Shown here: positions 11,374-20,633 of the stretch, one piece after another
How the letters are laid out: the number at the start of each line of letters is the position of its first letter
Numbering within the stretch: the first letter of the stretch is position 1
IMG/VR virus record: IMGVR_UViG_3300031857_000014
Length of the DNA: 64,000 bases
Source of the DNA: a virus
Lineage: Duplodnaviria > Caudoviricetes
Direction: 5' to 3' (one strand)
The notes under the pieces: generated by a model
Databases searched by the model: none
The model's input: only the letters and a program-made list of their open reading frames with translations
What the model was told of the DNA's origin: nothing
Position numbers and translations under genes: made by a program

Positions 11374-13137
11374 TTAACAGTCTATATTTCTATTTTTAAT
11401 TTTTATTATACCGTCCGCCTTATTTCTATATTGTTGTTCGTTTCTTAGGTAAAAATTTATATCATTATGTACATAATGATTATTATTCATGAAAGGAAAA
11501 TCTGTCCCGTATCCATCAGGGTCAACATAACCATGGTCGTATAAGTCTCTCCATTTCCACAATTTTTCATTATTATCATATTTTACATTCTCAGGTAAAT
11601 TAAAAATGTCATTTGTATTATACGATTCAACGTATGGTGATAACTCTCTTAGTTTAACTCTATTATGTGGTTGATAAAAAAGACCGACTAAATTATCTGC
11701 GGACGCTCCAGAGTATGTTGTTGGATCGTCTTGATCATGGTCAAAAATTAAATTAGGTGTAGATAATTTATGAAACGCTTCACTTATTATTCTTTCTTTG
11801 AAATCTCTGTCATTATATTCTACAAACGCACCCGTAAGTGTTGACCCAACTGATAACGAATTACCTGAATTAAATGTAAACGCACTATAAATAGGTGTGT
11901 TAGAACTAAAACTTGTTGATGTTAATGATGTTTCTTCGCTGGTGTTACCACTAAAATGTTGGTCAATCCATGTGTCATGAAAATGAAATTTGTAACCTAC
12001 TTTAGGTGGATAGTTAAAATACCCGTTTCCGTTCTTAAAGATTACTGACACATACACATCAGTTGGTGTGTACCCTAAATTATTTGTTATTCCAGTTAAT
12101 ATAAACGGTTGCTTAAATGAATAATACAACGACTCCATTCTATTTCTAACAACCAAATAATCATTTGTCCCCAAACTATTTTCAAATAATAATTTCTTTT
12201 CTTCTTCCCATATTGATGATTCAAAACCTAACTTGTCTAATAAATAAGAATCATATGTTGTAAGTGTTTTATGTTTGTGTACATAATATTGTGATGTCGT
12301 ACCATTGATGTTATTTTTATCAATACATCTTTTACAAACCATAATGTTACTTAACGTATACCCTGTTTCAATTTGTGTTTGTAAAATATTCAAAACATAT
12401 TTTGACGAATTATATGTTTCATCACCAACACTATCCACATAATATGTTCTTCCACTTAATGGTATTGAGTTATTAAACGAACCTCCTGATAAAATCAGGT
12501 ATTCTCCCGCAGATATTCCGTGTTCAACAGGTGATATAAACTTATAGTATTTACCACTAGTATATACTCTAAAAGGTATTCCATCTCCCGCAGTAAAATC
12601 TGCATATGTGTTACCTGTCAAAGTGTATCTCATGGGGAAAGAAGTGTCACCAGTATACACATAAGATAGATATAAATTCCAATTATGATATGGTGCCATA
12701 ATTGGTGTTACAGTTGTATGTCCAGTATAACCTTCTACTGTTATATTTTGAGAAAATGTACCTAAAGTACTTCCTGAATTTGGTGAGTTTTTTTCTCTAA
12801 CAACATCATTTCTTAAAAACGCAAATTCATTATATGGTAAAAACCCATCATTAGAACCTGTTCCATCGCCAAGTAAATATAAATCTCTAGATAATGGAAC
12901 ATAAGATGTTTGTCCGGAAAATATATTTCTAAAAACCATTCTTATCTTACCATATATCTTATAGTTTTTACTATCATTTCTTTCTGTATTAAATTGTTCT
13001 GCAATATCTAAAATAATATCTTTATCACCTTCTCTTAATAAATTTTCAGATTGAGATAAATTTATTCTTAGACTATTGTCTTGTTCGTTCGCCTTAAAAA
13101 ATTTTTTTGTTGGTAAAACAATTCTTTTCTTTTCCAT
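11374..13137 (-). CDS. Hypothetical protein (structural cluster)
   Basis: 587 aa ORF abutting neighbours (TAATG overlap at 13137). TGxT-rich. Confidence 0.5.
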   Translation of the reverse strand: MEKKRIVLPTKKFFKANEQDNSLRINLSQSENLLREGDKDIILDIAEQFNTERNDSKNYKIYGKIRMVFRNIFSGQTSYVPLSRDLYLLGDGTGSNDGFLPYNEFAFLRNDVVREKNSPNSGSTLGTFSQNITVEGYTGHTTVTPIMAPYHNWNLYLSYVYTGDTSFPMRYTLTGNTYADFTAGDGIPFRVYTSGKYYKFISPVEHGISAGEYLILSGGSFNNSIPLSGRTYYVDSVGDETYNSSKYVLNILQTQIETGYTLSNIMVCKRCIDKNNINGTTSQYYVHKHKTLTTYDSYLLDKLGFESSIWEEEKKLLFENSLGTNDYLVVRNRMESLYYSFKQPFILTGITNNLGYTPTDVYVSVIFKNGNGYFNYPPKVGYKFHFHDTWIDQHFSGNTSEETSLTSTSFSSNTPIYSAFTFNSGNSLSVGSTLTGAFVEYNDRDFKERIISEAFHKLSTPNLIFDHDQDDPTTYSGASADNLVGLFYQPHNRVKLRELSPYVESYNTNDIFNLPENVKYDNNEKLWKWRDLYDHGYVDPDGYGTDFPFMNNNHYVHNDINFYLRNEQQYRNKADGIIKIKNRNIDC

Positions 13138-16100
13138 TATTCTTGTGTAGGGAACACTCCGGTGGGTCCAAACCTTTCAATAAATTTATCCAAGCCAGTA
13201 TTGCCCGGTCTTAAACCAAAATAAAATAAGAATGGGGTTGATAAAATTTGTTTACTACCACTATAATAATTCTCAGTTCTTCTAATTAAGAAATCGTTAG
13301 TATAATCCCACGCAATTGAATGCCATTGTCCTGCAGTACCGTATCTTGTATAAAGTGTACCCAAATATGCAGTTATTTCTGTGCCTGAGGTAGAACCACT
13401 AGTCACATATAAATAAGTGAATCCTGGATATTCACTATCGTATATGGTATGATTATCAGGGTCAGGAGAAACCACCACAACATCATAAGGTAATTCATTT
13501 GTTGCATTACCGGTATTTCCTGTAAATGTTTCACCAGGGAACGTATATGTCATCGGTAATAACAAATATTGGTCTGAAGAATCATTTGGTGAACCTGTTA
13601 AACTGTACGCGTAAGTCATTCCTTGTAAAGGTTGAACTTGAATTTGTGTAAAATCCCAATGTTGATTTAGTGTGTTATCTCCAAATCCACTGGCATTTTT
13701 TTCCCATAAATAAAAAGGAACAGGTTGCGAAGATTCAGTTAATCTACCTTGTACATGATTTCCACTATAGTCAATATGTGTAGGTTCATTCAAACAAGCA
13801 CGTATTCTCTCACCATCTTCAGTAAAATCAAATGTTACTGGTAATGGTCCGTTTGGTTTACCTCCACTCATATATGTTCCGGGTGTACCGTCACCATCCG
13901 TACTAAATACGTCAGGATAAAATTCGGGGTCTAATAATTGATACGAATAACCGAGGTATTTAGGGTTTTGTAAATCAAATTCTTCAATACCTACTTCATT
14001 ATTAATTGATATTAATTGTAAAACATCACCGTTCATTACTCTTCTGTATCCTGAAAATCCGGTATTATCAAAAAAATCATTTATATTATATGACGCATTT
14101 GTGACATCAAGTCTGTAATTTATATTAAGTCCTTGTATTTCACCAAAACTTTTAAACGATGTTGGTCCAATTTGTCTAGACACAGAACAATTAGGGTCTA
14201 CACTTGGGTCAGTACATATTTCTTTAATGAACTCATCTCGAGGACCCAAATCAACAAATGTTGTTGGTCTATTTATTTTTTTCTCTCCTCCATACCAATT
14301 GGAACCCCATGTATTTGTTGCGTCTTCATATCTACATGACCTATAATAAAATCTTGATTGGTCTGTAATCCATTTAACAACATCGGTACAATATTTTGTG
14401 TTATTTCTCCTCTTATTTTTCGCCTTAAATGCAAAGAAATACAAAGAACCAGATAACCAATTATTTATAAAACTATAATTGGCAATACCCCCACAAAATA
14501 ATTTTGCGACTCTTTTTCTTTTTCTAAATTCACTAAGTATATCAATTAATCTCCAAAAAGTTTGTGACCCTGGTACAATATAAAAAACACCGTTACTAAA
14601 TTCAGATACACCTGATTTCGTAATTTTACCTCTAAGGTAGCCATCCCACAATCTTGGAAGAGGTACTAGCATGTCATCAAAATAAACAAAATTAGGACCA
14701 CCTTTTTTTGATGAATAACAAACATTAAGATTATAAATGTCACTAACCACTGTGGCGTATATTTGAGTCCCCGGAGTATAACTACCAGGTAAAACATATG
14801 ACCTACCATCATCATCACTAACTGAAAACCTATCACCAAATCCACCGATATCAGTACTTAAATTACCGGTAGAAGTGATATAATAATTAATCAAATTTTC
14901 ATTGTACGGTGAATCGTACAAATTACAACCAGATTCAATTTCCGCGGTAATCGCTAATGATAGGTCAGTTTCTGTACATCCAGAGTTTGCTAATATAATT
15001 GGAACAGTTCTTCCTGTTGGTACTGCAGGATATGGTGGATTTAAATCTATAAAGGCATTATCTTCATCATAAAATGTAATATTTTCATAATCAATAATAA
15101 TTGAACTAGTTGTTATTGACGGTGACACCGTATTTGGTGAAGTACCTCCGGTATGTACAACAGTAAGATTACCAAAAATTTTTGTACAATTTGGTGCAAT
15201 GGTGAATTGATTGGGATTAGTAATTGTTAATGTTGCACCAGATGGACCAAACGTACCTCCAGATAAACTCTGAAAAAAAGTTGTTGCACTAATTGGAAAA
15301 GGTATATTGTAAGGCACTCCATTATAAACTAAACTTAAATTTGATATTCCACCATACGCACTGAAATTATATGTGTAACTTTTCCAATAAATAGGTGACG
15401 CTTGTACACGATCACTTAAGATATTGAAAAACTTATTTCCACTAAATATACTAGCATTCGAATTATATGTGATTGCAATATAATTATTTATGTTTTGATA
15501 AAAATGTGCCAAAGATGTGTACCCGGAAGTATAGTATTGGTTATTTTGTGATGCTAATACAATATCTAAATTAGGGTCCGAACAATTTACACAATTACCT
15601 TCAGTAGATGCGGAAAAAATAAAATTACTCATAGGTAATGTCCCATTTTGTGTTCTACCTGTATTATTTATTAAAAATGTACCAACGTAACACGGATTTG
15701 CCACTGGTGATCCGGTTAAAATTGGTGGTAAATTATTTGCGTCATTTTCATCAGTACACTCATCACATTCGGGATACGATATTAAATGTAAAGTTTTTTG
15801 TGACCTTTCTTGTATATTTAATCCCCAATTTTTTAATAGAAGTGAAAGTTTTCTTGTTGGTGATTCATCGATAGAACATGCGAGTCCCATTATTGATTTA
15901 ACAGCAGCATTAAAAAAACCTAATTTTACTATATTTAGAAAATATTCAATATATAATAAAATATCAGCAATTAATAAACTAAAAGTGTAATTCTTAACAG
16001 CAAAATTTACAGGAAAAGTATTAACTGAAGAGTCACAATCTTCTTCTTCCGCAGGAACAATTTCTTTAATACCTAAAAATTGTTCTTTTTTAACATTGTA

Positions 16101-17456
16101 GTCAGTTTCATACGAATTTTGAAAAGAAGATACTGTGTAGACTTTATTGTAGGTAAATCTATAAAAATAATCTTGTGGGTACCAAAAACCATCAACATTA
16201 TTTAAAATATCTGACTGACCATAAAAAGGATAATCATCGTAATTTGTAGACCACGCATATGATTTTGTCGATTCGTCAGGATATGTAAAAGTACTAACAT
16301 GTTCTTTAATGTTAGGGACTAAATAACTTCCGGTTGTCCTAACCCTACCTAAACTCTCATTTTTAATTGTAAATCTAAATCTTTGAACAGCCGACGTTGG
16401 TATACCTTTATTTGGGTCGTTGCTATATTCATTTTCACCAAATTCATTTGTTACGAGATAATCCATATTCATATCTACGGACATCATAAATGAACCATTT
16501 TCATCAATATCTTCATCCAACTCCACTTCTTCTAATATTGGCCTACTCTGCGAATCTTTTTTTGATGTAAATCTAATTGTTTCTATTTGACCCTTTTCAG
16601 ATGTCATCATACATTTTCGACCCATTTTCTTTCTGGGTCTGCAATTTTTATTAACTGAATTTTTTCCCGTATCAGAAAATGTCCCTCCAATAAGATATGC
16701 TTTAGGTTGTATTGTAATTCCTTGGTCGGCTAAATCAAAATCTGTTCTTGTTAGACCGATTTCACATAATTCGACGTTACCCCAAAAAGGTACAACTTCT
16801 ATTGTTTGTTCAAATGTTATAATTTGAGGAAGTGACGCAAGGTCTGGTGATGATTTGAATTTATACGTCGTCATAAATTGATCAACGCCCGCACCTTGAG
16901 CAATAAAATCATCAGGCCTTAATGAAAAACAACCAATGTCAGATAAATCAACATCAACGTGTAATGTCTGTTGTCCAACCGGAACACCCCATATCATGAA
17001 ATCTCCGGATTCATTTGTTTTAACTGTGTACTTGTAATATTTTTCGTAAACTTCAAGTACTTCTTCTCTAGTTAAAATATCTAATTGGTCAGGAAAAGTA
17101 CCCGTGGGTTCATGTCCACCATGTTGTCTTCTTGATGGTAATAAATTATACTTATAACCACCATCGTTTGTATCATCAGTTGCAGTATATGGATATAAAG
17201 CAGAAATAACGGGGTCATCGGCATCTTCGTCAGCCAGTGGAATAAAAATAGAAACCCTTGCATTGGGTATTCCAAACCCATTATTTGCGGAAATTCTACC
17301 TACAACGACGCCATAGTCGGAACATAATGACCTATAAACATCAACTTGTGAAAATTTTAAAGATAAAATTTCCAATAAATCGTAATCCTGTTTAAGTTCA
17401 ACTGTTACTTTTTGGTCCTTACCAATATTTGTCGAAATTCTGTGCTTTTGTATCAT
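13137..17456 (-). CDS. Large structural protein with N-terminal carboxypeptidase-regulatory-like (prealbumin-fold) domain
   Basis: 1439 aa. VVVGRISANNGFGIPNARVSIFIP...VKTNESGDFMIWGVPVGQQTLHVD. Directly follows the gp6-like gene. Confidence 0.55.
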   Translation of the reverse strand: MIQKHRISTNIGKDQKVTVELKQDYDLLEILSLKFSQVDVYRSLCSDYGVVVGRISANNGFGIPNARVSIFIPLADEDADDPVISALYPYTATDDTNDGGYKYNLLPSRRQHGGHEPTGTFPDQLDILTREEVLEVYEKYYKYTVKTNESGDFMIWGVPVGQQTLHVDVDLSDIGCFSLRPDDFIAQGAGVDQFMTTYKFKSSPDLASLPQIITFEQTIEVVPFWGNVELCEIGLTRTDFDLADQGITIQPKAYLIGGTFSDTGKNSVNKNCRPRKKMGRKCMMTSEKGQIETIRFTSKKDSQSRPILEEVELDEDIDENGSFMMSVDMNMDYLVTNEFGENEYSNDPNKGIPTSAVQRFRFTIKNESLGRVRTTGSYLVPNIKEHVSTFTYPDESTKSYAWSTNYDDYPFYGQSDILNNVDGFWYPQDYFYRFTYNKVYTVSSFQNSYETDYNVKKEQFLGIKEIVPAEEEDCDSSVNTFPVNFAVKNYTFSLLIADILLYIEYFLNIVKLGFFNAAVKSIMGLACSIDESPTRKLSLLLKNWGLNIQERSQKTLHLISYPECDECTDENDANNLPPILTGSPVANPCYVGTFLINNTGRTQNGTLPMSNFIFSASTEGNCVNCSDPNLDIVLASQNNQYYTSGYTSLAHFYQNINNYIAITYNSNASIFSGNKFFNILSDRVQASPIYWKSYTYNFSAYGGISNLSLVYNGVPYNIPFPISATTFFQSLSGGTFGPSGATLTITNPNQFTIAPNCTKIFGNLTVVHTGGTSPNTVSPSITTSSIIIDYENITFYDEDNAFIDLNPPYPAVPTGRTVPIILANSGCTETDLSLAITAEIESGCNLYDSPYNENLINYYITSTGNLSTDIGGFGDRFSVSDDDGRSYVLPGSYTPGTQIYATVVSDIYNLNVCYSSKKGGPNFVYFDDMLVPLPRLWDGYLRGKITKSGVSEFSNGVFYIVPGSQTFWRLIDILSEFRKRKRVAKLFCGGIANYSFINNWLSGSLYFFAFKAKNKRRNNTKYCTDVVKWITDQSRFYYRSCRYEDATNTWGSNWYGGEKKINRPTTFVDLGPRDEFIKEICTDPSVDPNCSVSRQIGPTSFKSFGEIQGLNINYRLDVTNASYNINDFFDNTGFSGYRRVMNGDVLQLISINNEVGIEEFDLQNPKYLGYSYQLLDPEFYPDVFSTDGDGTPGTYMSGGKPNGPLPVTFDFTEDGERIRACLNEPTHIDYSGNHVQGRLTESSQPVPFYLWEKNASGFGDNTLNQHWDFTQIQVQPLQGMTYAYSLTGSPNDSSDQYLLLPMTYTFPGETFTGNTGNATNELPYDVVVVSPDPDNHTIYDSEYPGFTYLYVTSGSTSGTEITAYLGTLYTRYGTAGQWHSIAWDYTNDFLIRRTENYYSGSKQILSTPFLFYFGLRPGNTGLDKFIERFGPTGVFPTQE

Positions 17457-17510
17457 TCTTATAATAAATAGAAACGATGTTATTTTCTATTAAAATAAAT
17501 AAAAATGATT

Positions 17511-19343
17511 TTAAAATGTAGTCGTAGCTAAAGTTTTAACTCTAATTCTTATATCTTTATTAGGGAATCTAATTTGATAAATTTGATTAGATTTCATAAA
17601 TATAGTTGAATCTGATTGTTGAATTTCTTTAGTAATACTGTCTTTATATGATTGAGACACTTCAGCGGTTGAGTATTCTCCTCCTATATTATTAAAAACC
17701 CTTGTGTCGATGACGTTAGCAACTCCGCCAACATTTCCTATCATTTTATTCAAATCACCAACAAGTAAAGGGTCACCCATTTTTCTTTTATCTATGGAGA
17801 AATATGTAGTAATTTCTTGAATTACAGATTTAAGTATATCCGTTTGACTTTCATTTTTATCTAAAACTAAATCAATTTCTAAAGCTAAATCAATAACCTC
17901 ACCTGTCACGATATCGATATAATCGTTTAACATTCTATACTCTGTTAAGTAATTTGAAATGTTATTTTTAAGTGTATCTGAAACTATATCAGTAAGATTA
18001 CCATCTTGGTCATATGACAATAATTTAATTCTAACTTTATTGTCCTCTTCCATAACATTTACTTTAGCAGGCGCTCCGTAAGTTGATGGCATATTTTCAA
18101 TTAAAGATTTGTAATCATTTAATGTTACCGCTCTGTTCTGAGCAGCAAAATTATATGCAATCATGTTTCTCATTTCTTCAATTGTCGGTTGATCCGCACC
18201 CCCAATTGCTGGTGTTACGTTTGTAACCGTTAAAGATTGAATAACCTGAGTATTTGTGTTTGAATTAGGTCCTTGAACATTAAATTCAACGTTATCTACA
18301 CTAGTTATTACACTAACACCTAAATTACTATCCTTACCACCACCAACTCTATATTTTACGAAAACAGTTGTATTTGCTTTAGGTGTTCTACCCAATGATA
18401 AATTATTGAGATAGGTACCTAAATTAACTTTCATATTACCTTCAATAAAACTATCTAAATTTTCCATAGGGTCAACCGCACCTGAACCAAATGTCAATGA
18501 AAAGTAATTTTCGGGAGTATATTCTGTGATAAACTTATTTTCTACTTTTATGTAATCACCCGCAATAAAATTAGATGTATCTGACGCTTGAGTTGGATTT
18601 GGTACAAAAACTTTATCTTGAACTAAAGATTTAACTTCATACCACCTATTTGTTTGTGAAGTAAATTCGTTTGATGTTGGATTACCCCCGAATGATGTCC
18701 CTTCTTTATGAATAACCGAAGTGACACCTAAAACATTTTGTTCTGGTAAATACAATTTCAAGAAAGGTTTTTGGTCTAATTCTGTAATTACTCTTCTGTA
18801 TATTCTTGATACCCCGTTTACCACAGGTTCTCTTTTTACGATTGTATATGAAATTAATTTATTATTACCATCAAAATTTGGTATTTTTAATCTATTAGGT
18901 TCACCCCTACTATTAAATGGTTTTGAGAAATCAATATCTTCAATTGTTTCAAATATTTGACCTCCTCCTGAAACTTGAGCACCACTTTTTAACACACCAA
19001 GATATCTTTCATCTTCCTTATCTCCTCTAACCGGAACATTTACAGAAAAATCACACAACGCCACTGAAGGTCTGTTACCCGGTAATCTCATTCCATATGT
19101 TTTTGCAATATGAAATAGTGATTGTCTCTGTTGAGCAAAATCCAACATTGTTTCTTGCCAAACTCTGTCTATATGAAAGTGTAAATTATCCGCAACCGCA
19201 GCATTTATATCTAAAAGAACTGAATATATTGATGCGTCATTAGTATTTTTAACTAAGTCAGGATAATATTCTTTCGACATATTAACCAACTCTTGTCTTA
19301 AACCCGCAAAATCTCTAATAGCGTATGATATCTTTTTTGCCAT
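17511..19343 (-). CDS. gp6: Baseplate wedge subunit (T4 gp6 / baseplate J-like)
   Basis: 610 aa. N-terminal DFAGLRQELV...LHFHIDRVWQETMLDFAQQRQS and GGADQPTIEEMR...FAAQNRAVTLNDY motifs. Adjacent to gp25. Confidence 0.9.
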   Translation of the reverse strand: MAKKISYAIRDFAGLRQELVNMSKEYYPDLVKNTNDASIYSVLLDINAAVADNLHFHIDRVWQETMLDFAQQRQSLFHIAKTYGMRLPGNRPSVALCDFSVNVPVRGDKEDERYLGVLKSGAQVSGGGQIFETIEDIDFSKPFNSRGEPNRLKIPNFDGNNKLISYTIVKREPVVNGVSRIYRRVITELDQKPFLKLYLPEQNVLGVTSVIHKEGTSFGGNPTSNEFTSQTNRWYEVKSLVQDKVFVPNPTQASDTSNFIAGDYIKVENKFITEYTPENYFSLTFGSGAVDPMENLDSFIEGNMKVNLGTYLNNLSLGRTPKANTTVFVKYRVGGGKDSNLGVSVITSVDNVEFNVQGPNSNTNTQVIQSLTVTNVTPAIGGADQPTIEEMRNMIAYNFAAQNRAVTLNDYKSLIENMPSTYGAPAKVNVMEEDNKVRIKLLSYDQDGNLTDIVSDTLKNNISNYLTEYRMLNDYIDIVTGEVIDLALEIDLVLDKNESQTDILKSVIQEITTYFSIDKRKMGDPLLVGDLNKMIGNVGGVANVIDTRVFNNIGGEYSTAEVSQSYKDSITKEIQQSDSTIFMKSNQIYQIRFPNKDIRIRVKTLATTTF

Positions 19344-19344
19344 A

Positions 19345-19797
19345 TTATATGTTTATAATTATAAAATCGGATGACGCAAATGCACCGTTATTTACCGTAT
19401 AATCGATTTTAACTCTAGCGGTATACGGTTTAGCAGATGATGACGAGGCTCTAAATAATCTTGTGTCCTCATCTTCCATTGCTCCATAATCTAAATCTTC
19501 ATCATTTTCCGCTGATAATACTTCGATTGAATTAATGTCCAAATTTGGTATATACTTTCTAACCGCTTCTCTTATTTCTTCTTCTATTTGTGCGTGTGAT
19601 ATGAAATCGTTTTGTTCAAAAATATATTCATATATTCTTGTACCAAAATCAGGTAAATAATATCTGGTACCTTTTCTTGTCAGAATAAGATGTAATAAGT
19701 TAGCTCTAACTTCTCTTTCAGGTGATTCAGTTAATTTTAAAAAATCACCTTTTAAACTGTCTCTAAATGGATAATCTATACCGTATGTTACCGCCAT
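19345..19797 (-). CDS. gp25: Baseplate gp25-like (GPW/gp25) protein
   Basis: 150 aa. GIDYPF...EVRANLLHLILTRKGTRYYLPDFGTRIYEYIFE. Confidence 0.9.
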   Translation of the reverse strand: MAVTYGIDYPFRDSLKGDFLKLTESPEREVRANLLHLILTRKGTRYYLPDFGTRIYEYIFEQNDFISHAQIEEEIREAVRKYIPNLDINSIEVLSAENDEDLDYGAMEDEDTRLFRASSSSAKPYTARVKIDYTVNNGAFASSDFIIINI

Positions 19798-19801
19798 ATC
19801 A

Positions 19802-19808
19802 ATAAATA
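19802..19808 (-). promoter_or_regulatory. TATTTAT element (putative phage late promoter), 4 nt before the gp25 ATG
   Basis: Coding-strand TATATTTATTGATATG. The identical 16-mer occurs at 55989-56004. Confidence 0.55.
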
Positions 19809-19827
19809 TAAAGAAGAATAAAATTAA

Positions 19828-20355
19828 TTATAACGAATGAGGTTTATACCCATTAAATTGACAATTCAAATATTCGGTAGAATTATCTTTTATTCCTCTC
19901 AAATATTTAAATTCTTCATTTGACCAAAATACATTTGAATTAGTAACACTTTCAAGACCATGTTCTGTTCTTTTAACTAACAATTTTTTGAAATTTTTTC
20001 TTCTTAAATCTTGAGTTATTGTCATTTTTTCACCAATCCTAATTAAACTCGGGTCAATTTTTTTAATAAAAAATCTTTCGTATTTTAAAAACAATCTAAC
20101 TTTTTTAAAAAATCTAAGTATTGGATTTTTAATTGGTGGTGAAGGTTTAAGTATTTTATGAAACAAAGGTATTAATACGGGTGGTGTTGCGTTTACCATA
20201 TATGAATAATCAATTAAATCTTGTTCTATTTCATATTCTATTGATTCAGGTTCATAATTGTTAATCACATAATTAAAATATATTTGGAATTTTGTGCACA
20301 AAAAAGGATACATTCTATCCGCATTTTTTTTACTTAAAATTTGTACTTTTTTCAT
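19828..20355 (-). CDS. Hypothetical protein
   Basis: 175 aa basic ORF with its own sigma70-like promoter. No recognised motif. Confidence 0.5.
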   Translation of the reverse strand: MKKVQILSKKNADRMYPFLCTKFQIYFNYVINNYEPESIEYEIEQDLIDYSYMVNATPPVLIPLFHKILKPSPPIKNPILRFFKKVRLFLKYERFFIKKIDPSLIRIGEKMTITQDLRRKNFKKLLVKRTEHGLESVTNSNVFWSNEEFKYLRGIKDNSTEYLNCQFNGYKPHSL

Positions 20356-20360
20356 ACTAT

Positions 20361-20389
20361 ATTATATATAAAACTCATTTTATAGTAAA
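20361..20389 (-). promoter_or_regulatory. Sigma70-like promoter TTTACT-N17-TATAAT
   Basis: Minus-strand TTTACT ataaaatgagttttata TATAAT, 5 nt before the ATG at 20355. Confidence 0.5.
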
Positions 20390-20391
20390 TT

Positions 20392-20417
20392 AAAAAACCC
20401 ATAAATTATGGGTTTTT
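20392..20417 (-). terminator. Intrinsic terminator after the nrdJ / Cys-rich gene pair
   Basis: AAAAACCCAT-aaatt-ATGGGTTTTT inverted repeat with a T run on the minus strand. Confidence 0.65.
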
Positions 20418-20633
20418 CTTGTTTTTATTATTTTTTATATATTTTGGTTCAAAAGGGCAATGTTTACAACCATTCCCGCAGCAAAACCCTCTTTTTAAAT
20501 GAAAAAAAGAAGTCAGAACCATAAGTCCTGACTCCTTGTCGATATAGTAATCGATATTTTCTATTAGTTTATTTGATTGGACACGCACCGGTTGCACATT
20601 CTTGTAATTCCATTTCATCCTCTTTAAATTCAA
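20406..20633 (-). CDS. Small Cys-rich metal-binding protein (DUF5522-like); start uncertain
   Basis: DYYIDKESGLMVLTSFFHLKRGFCCGNGCKHCPF. Every plausible start (ATG 20633, GTG 20597 or 20588) overlaps the 3' end of nrdJ. Confidence 0.7.
   Translation of the reverse strand: MNLKRMKWNYKNVQPVRVQSNKLIENIDYYIDKESGLMVLTSFFHLKRGFCCGNGCKHCPFEPKYIKNNKNKKNP

Noticed and set aside
1-17456. Diversity-generating retroelement targeting the adhesins
   Set aside because: No reverse transcriptase and no template/variable repeat pair differing at adenines was seen in this window.
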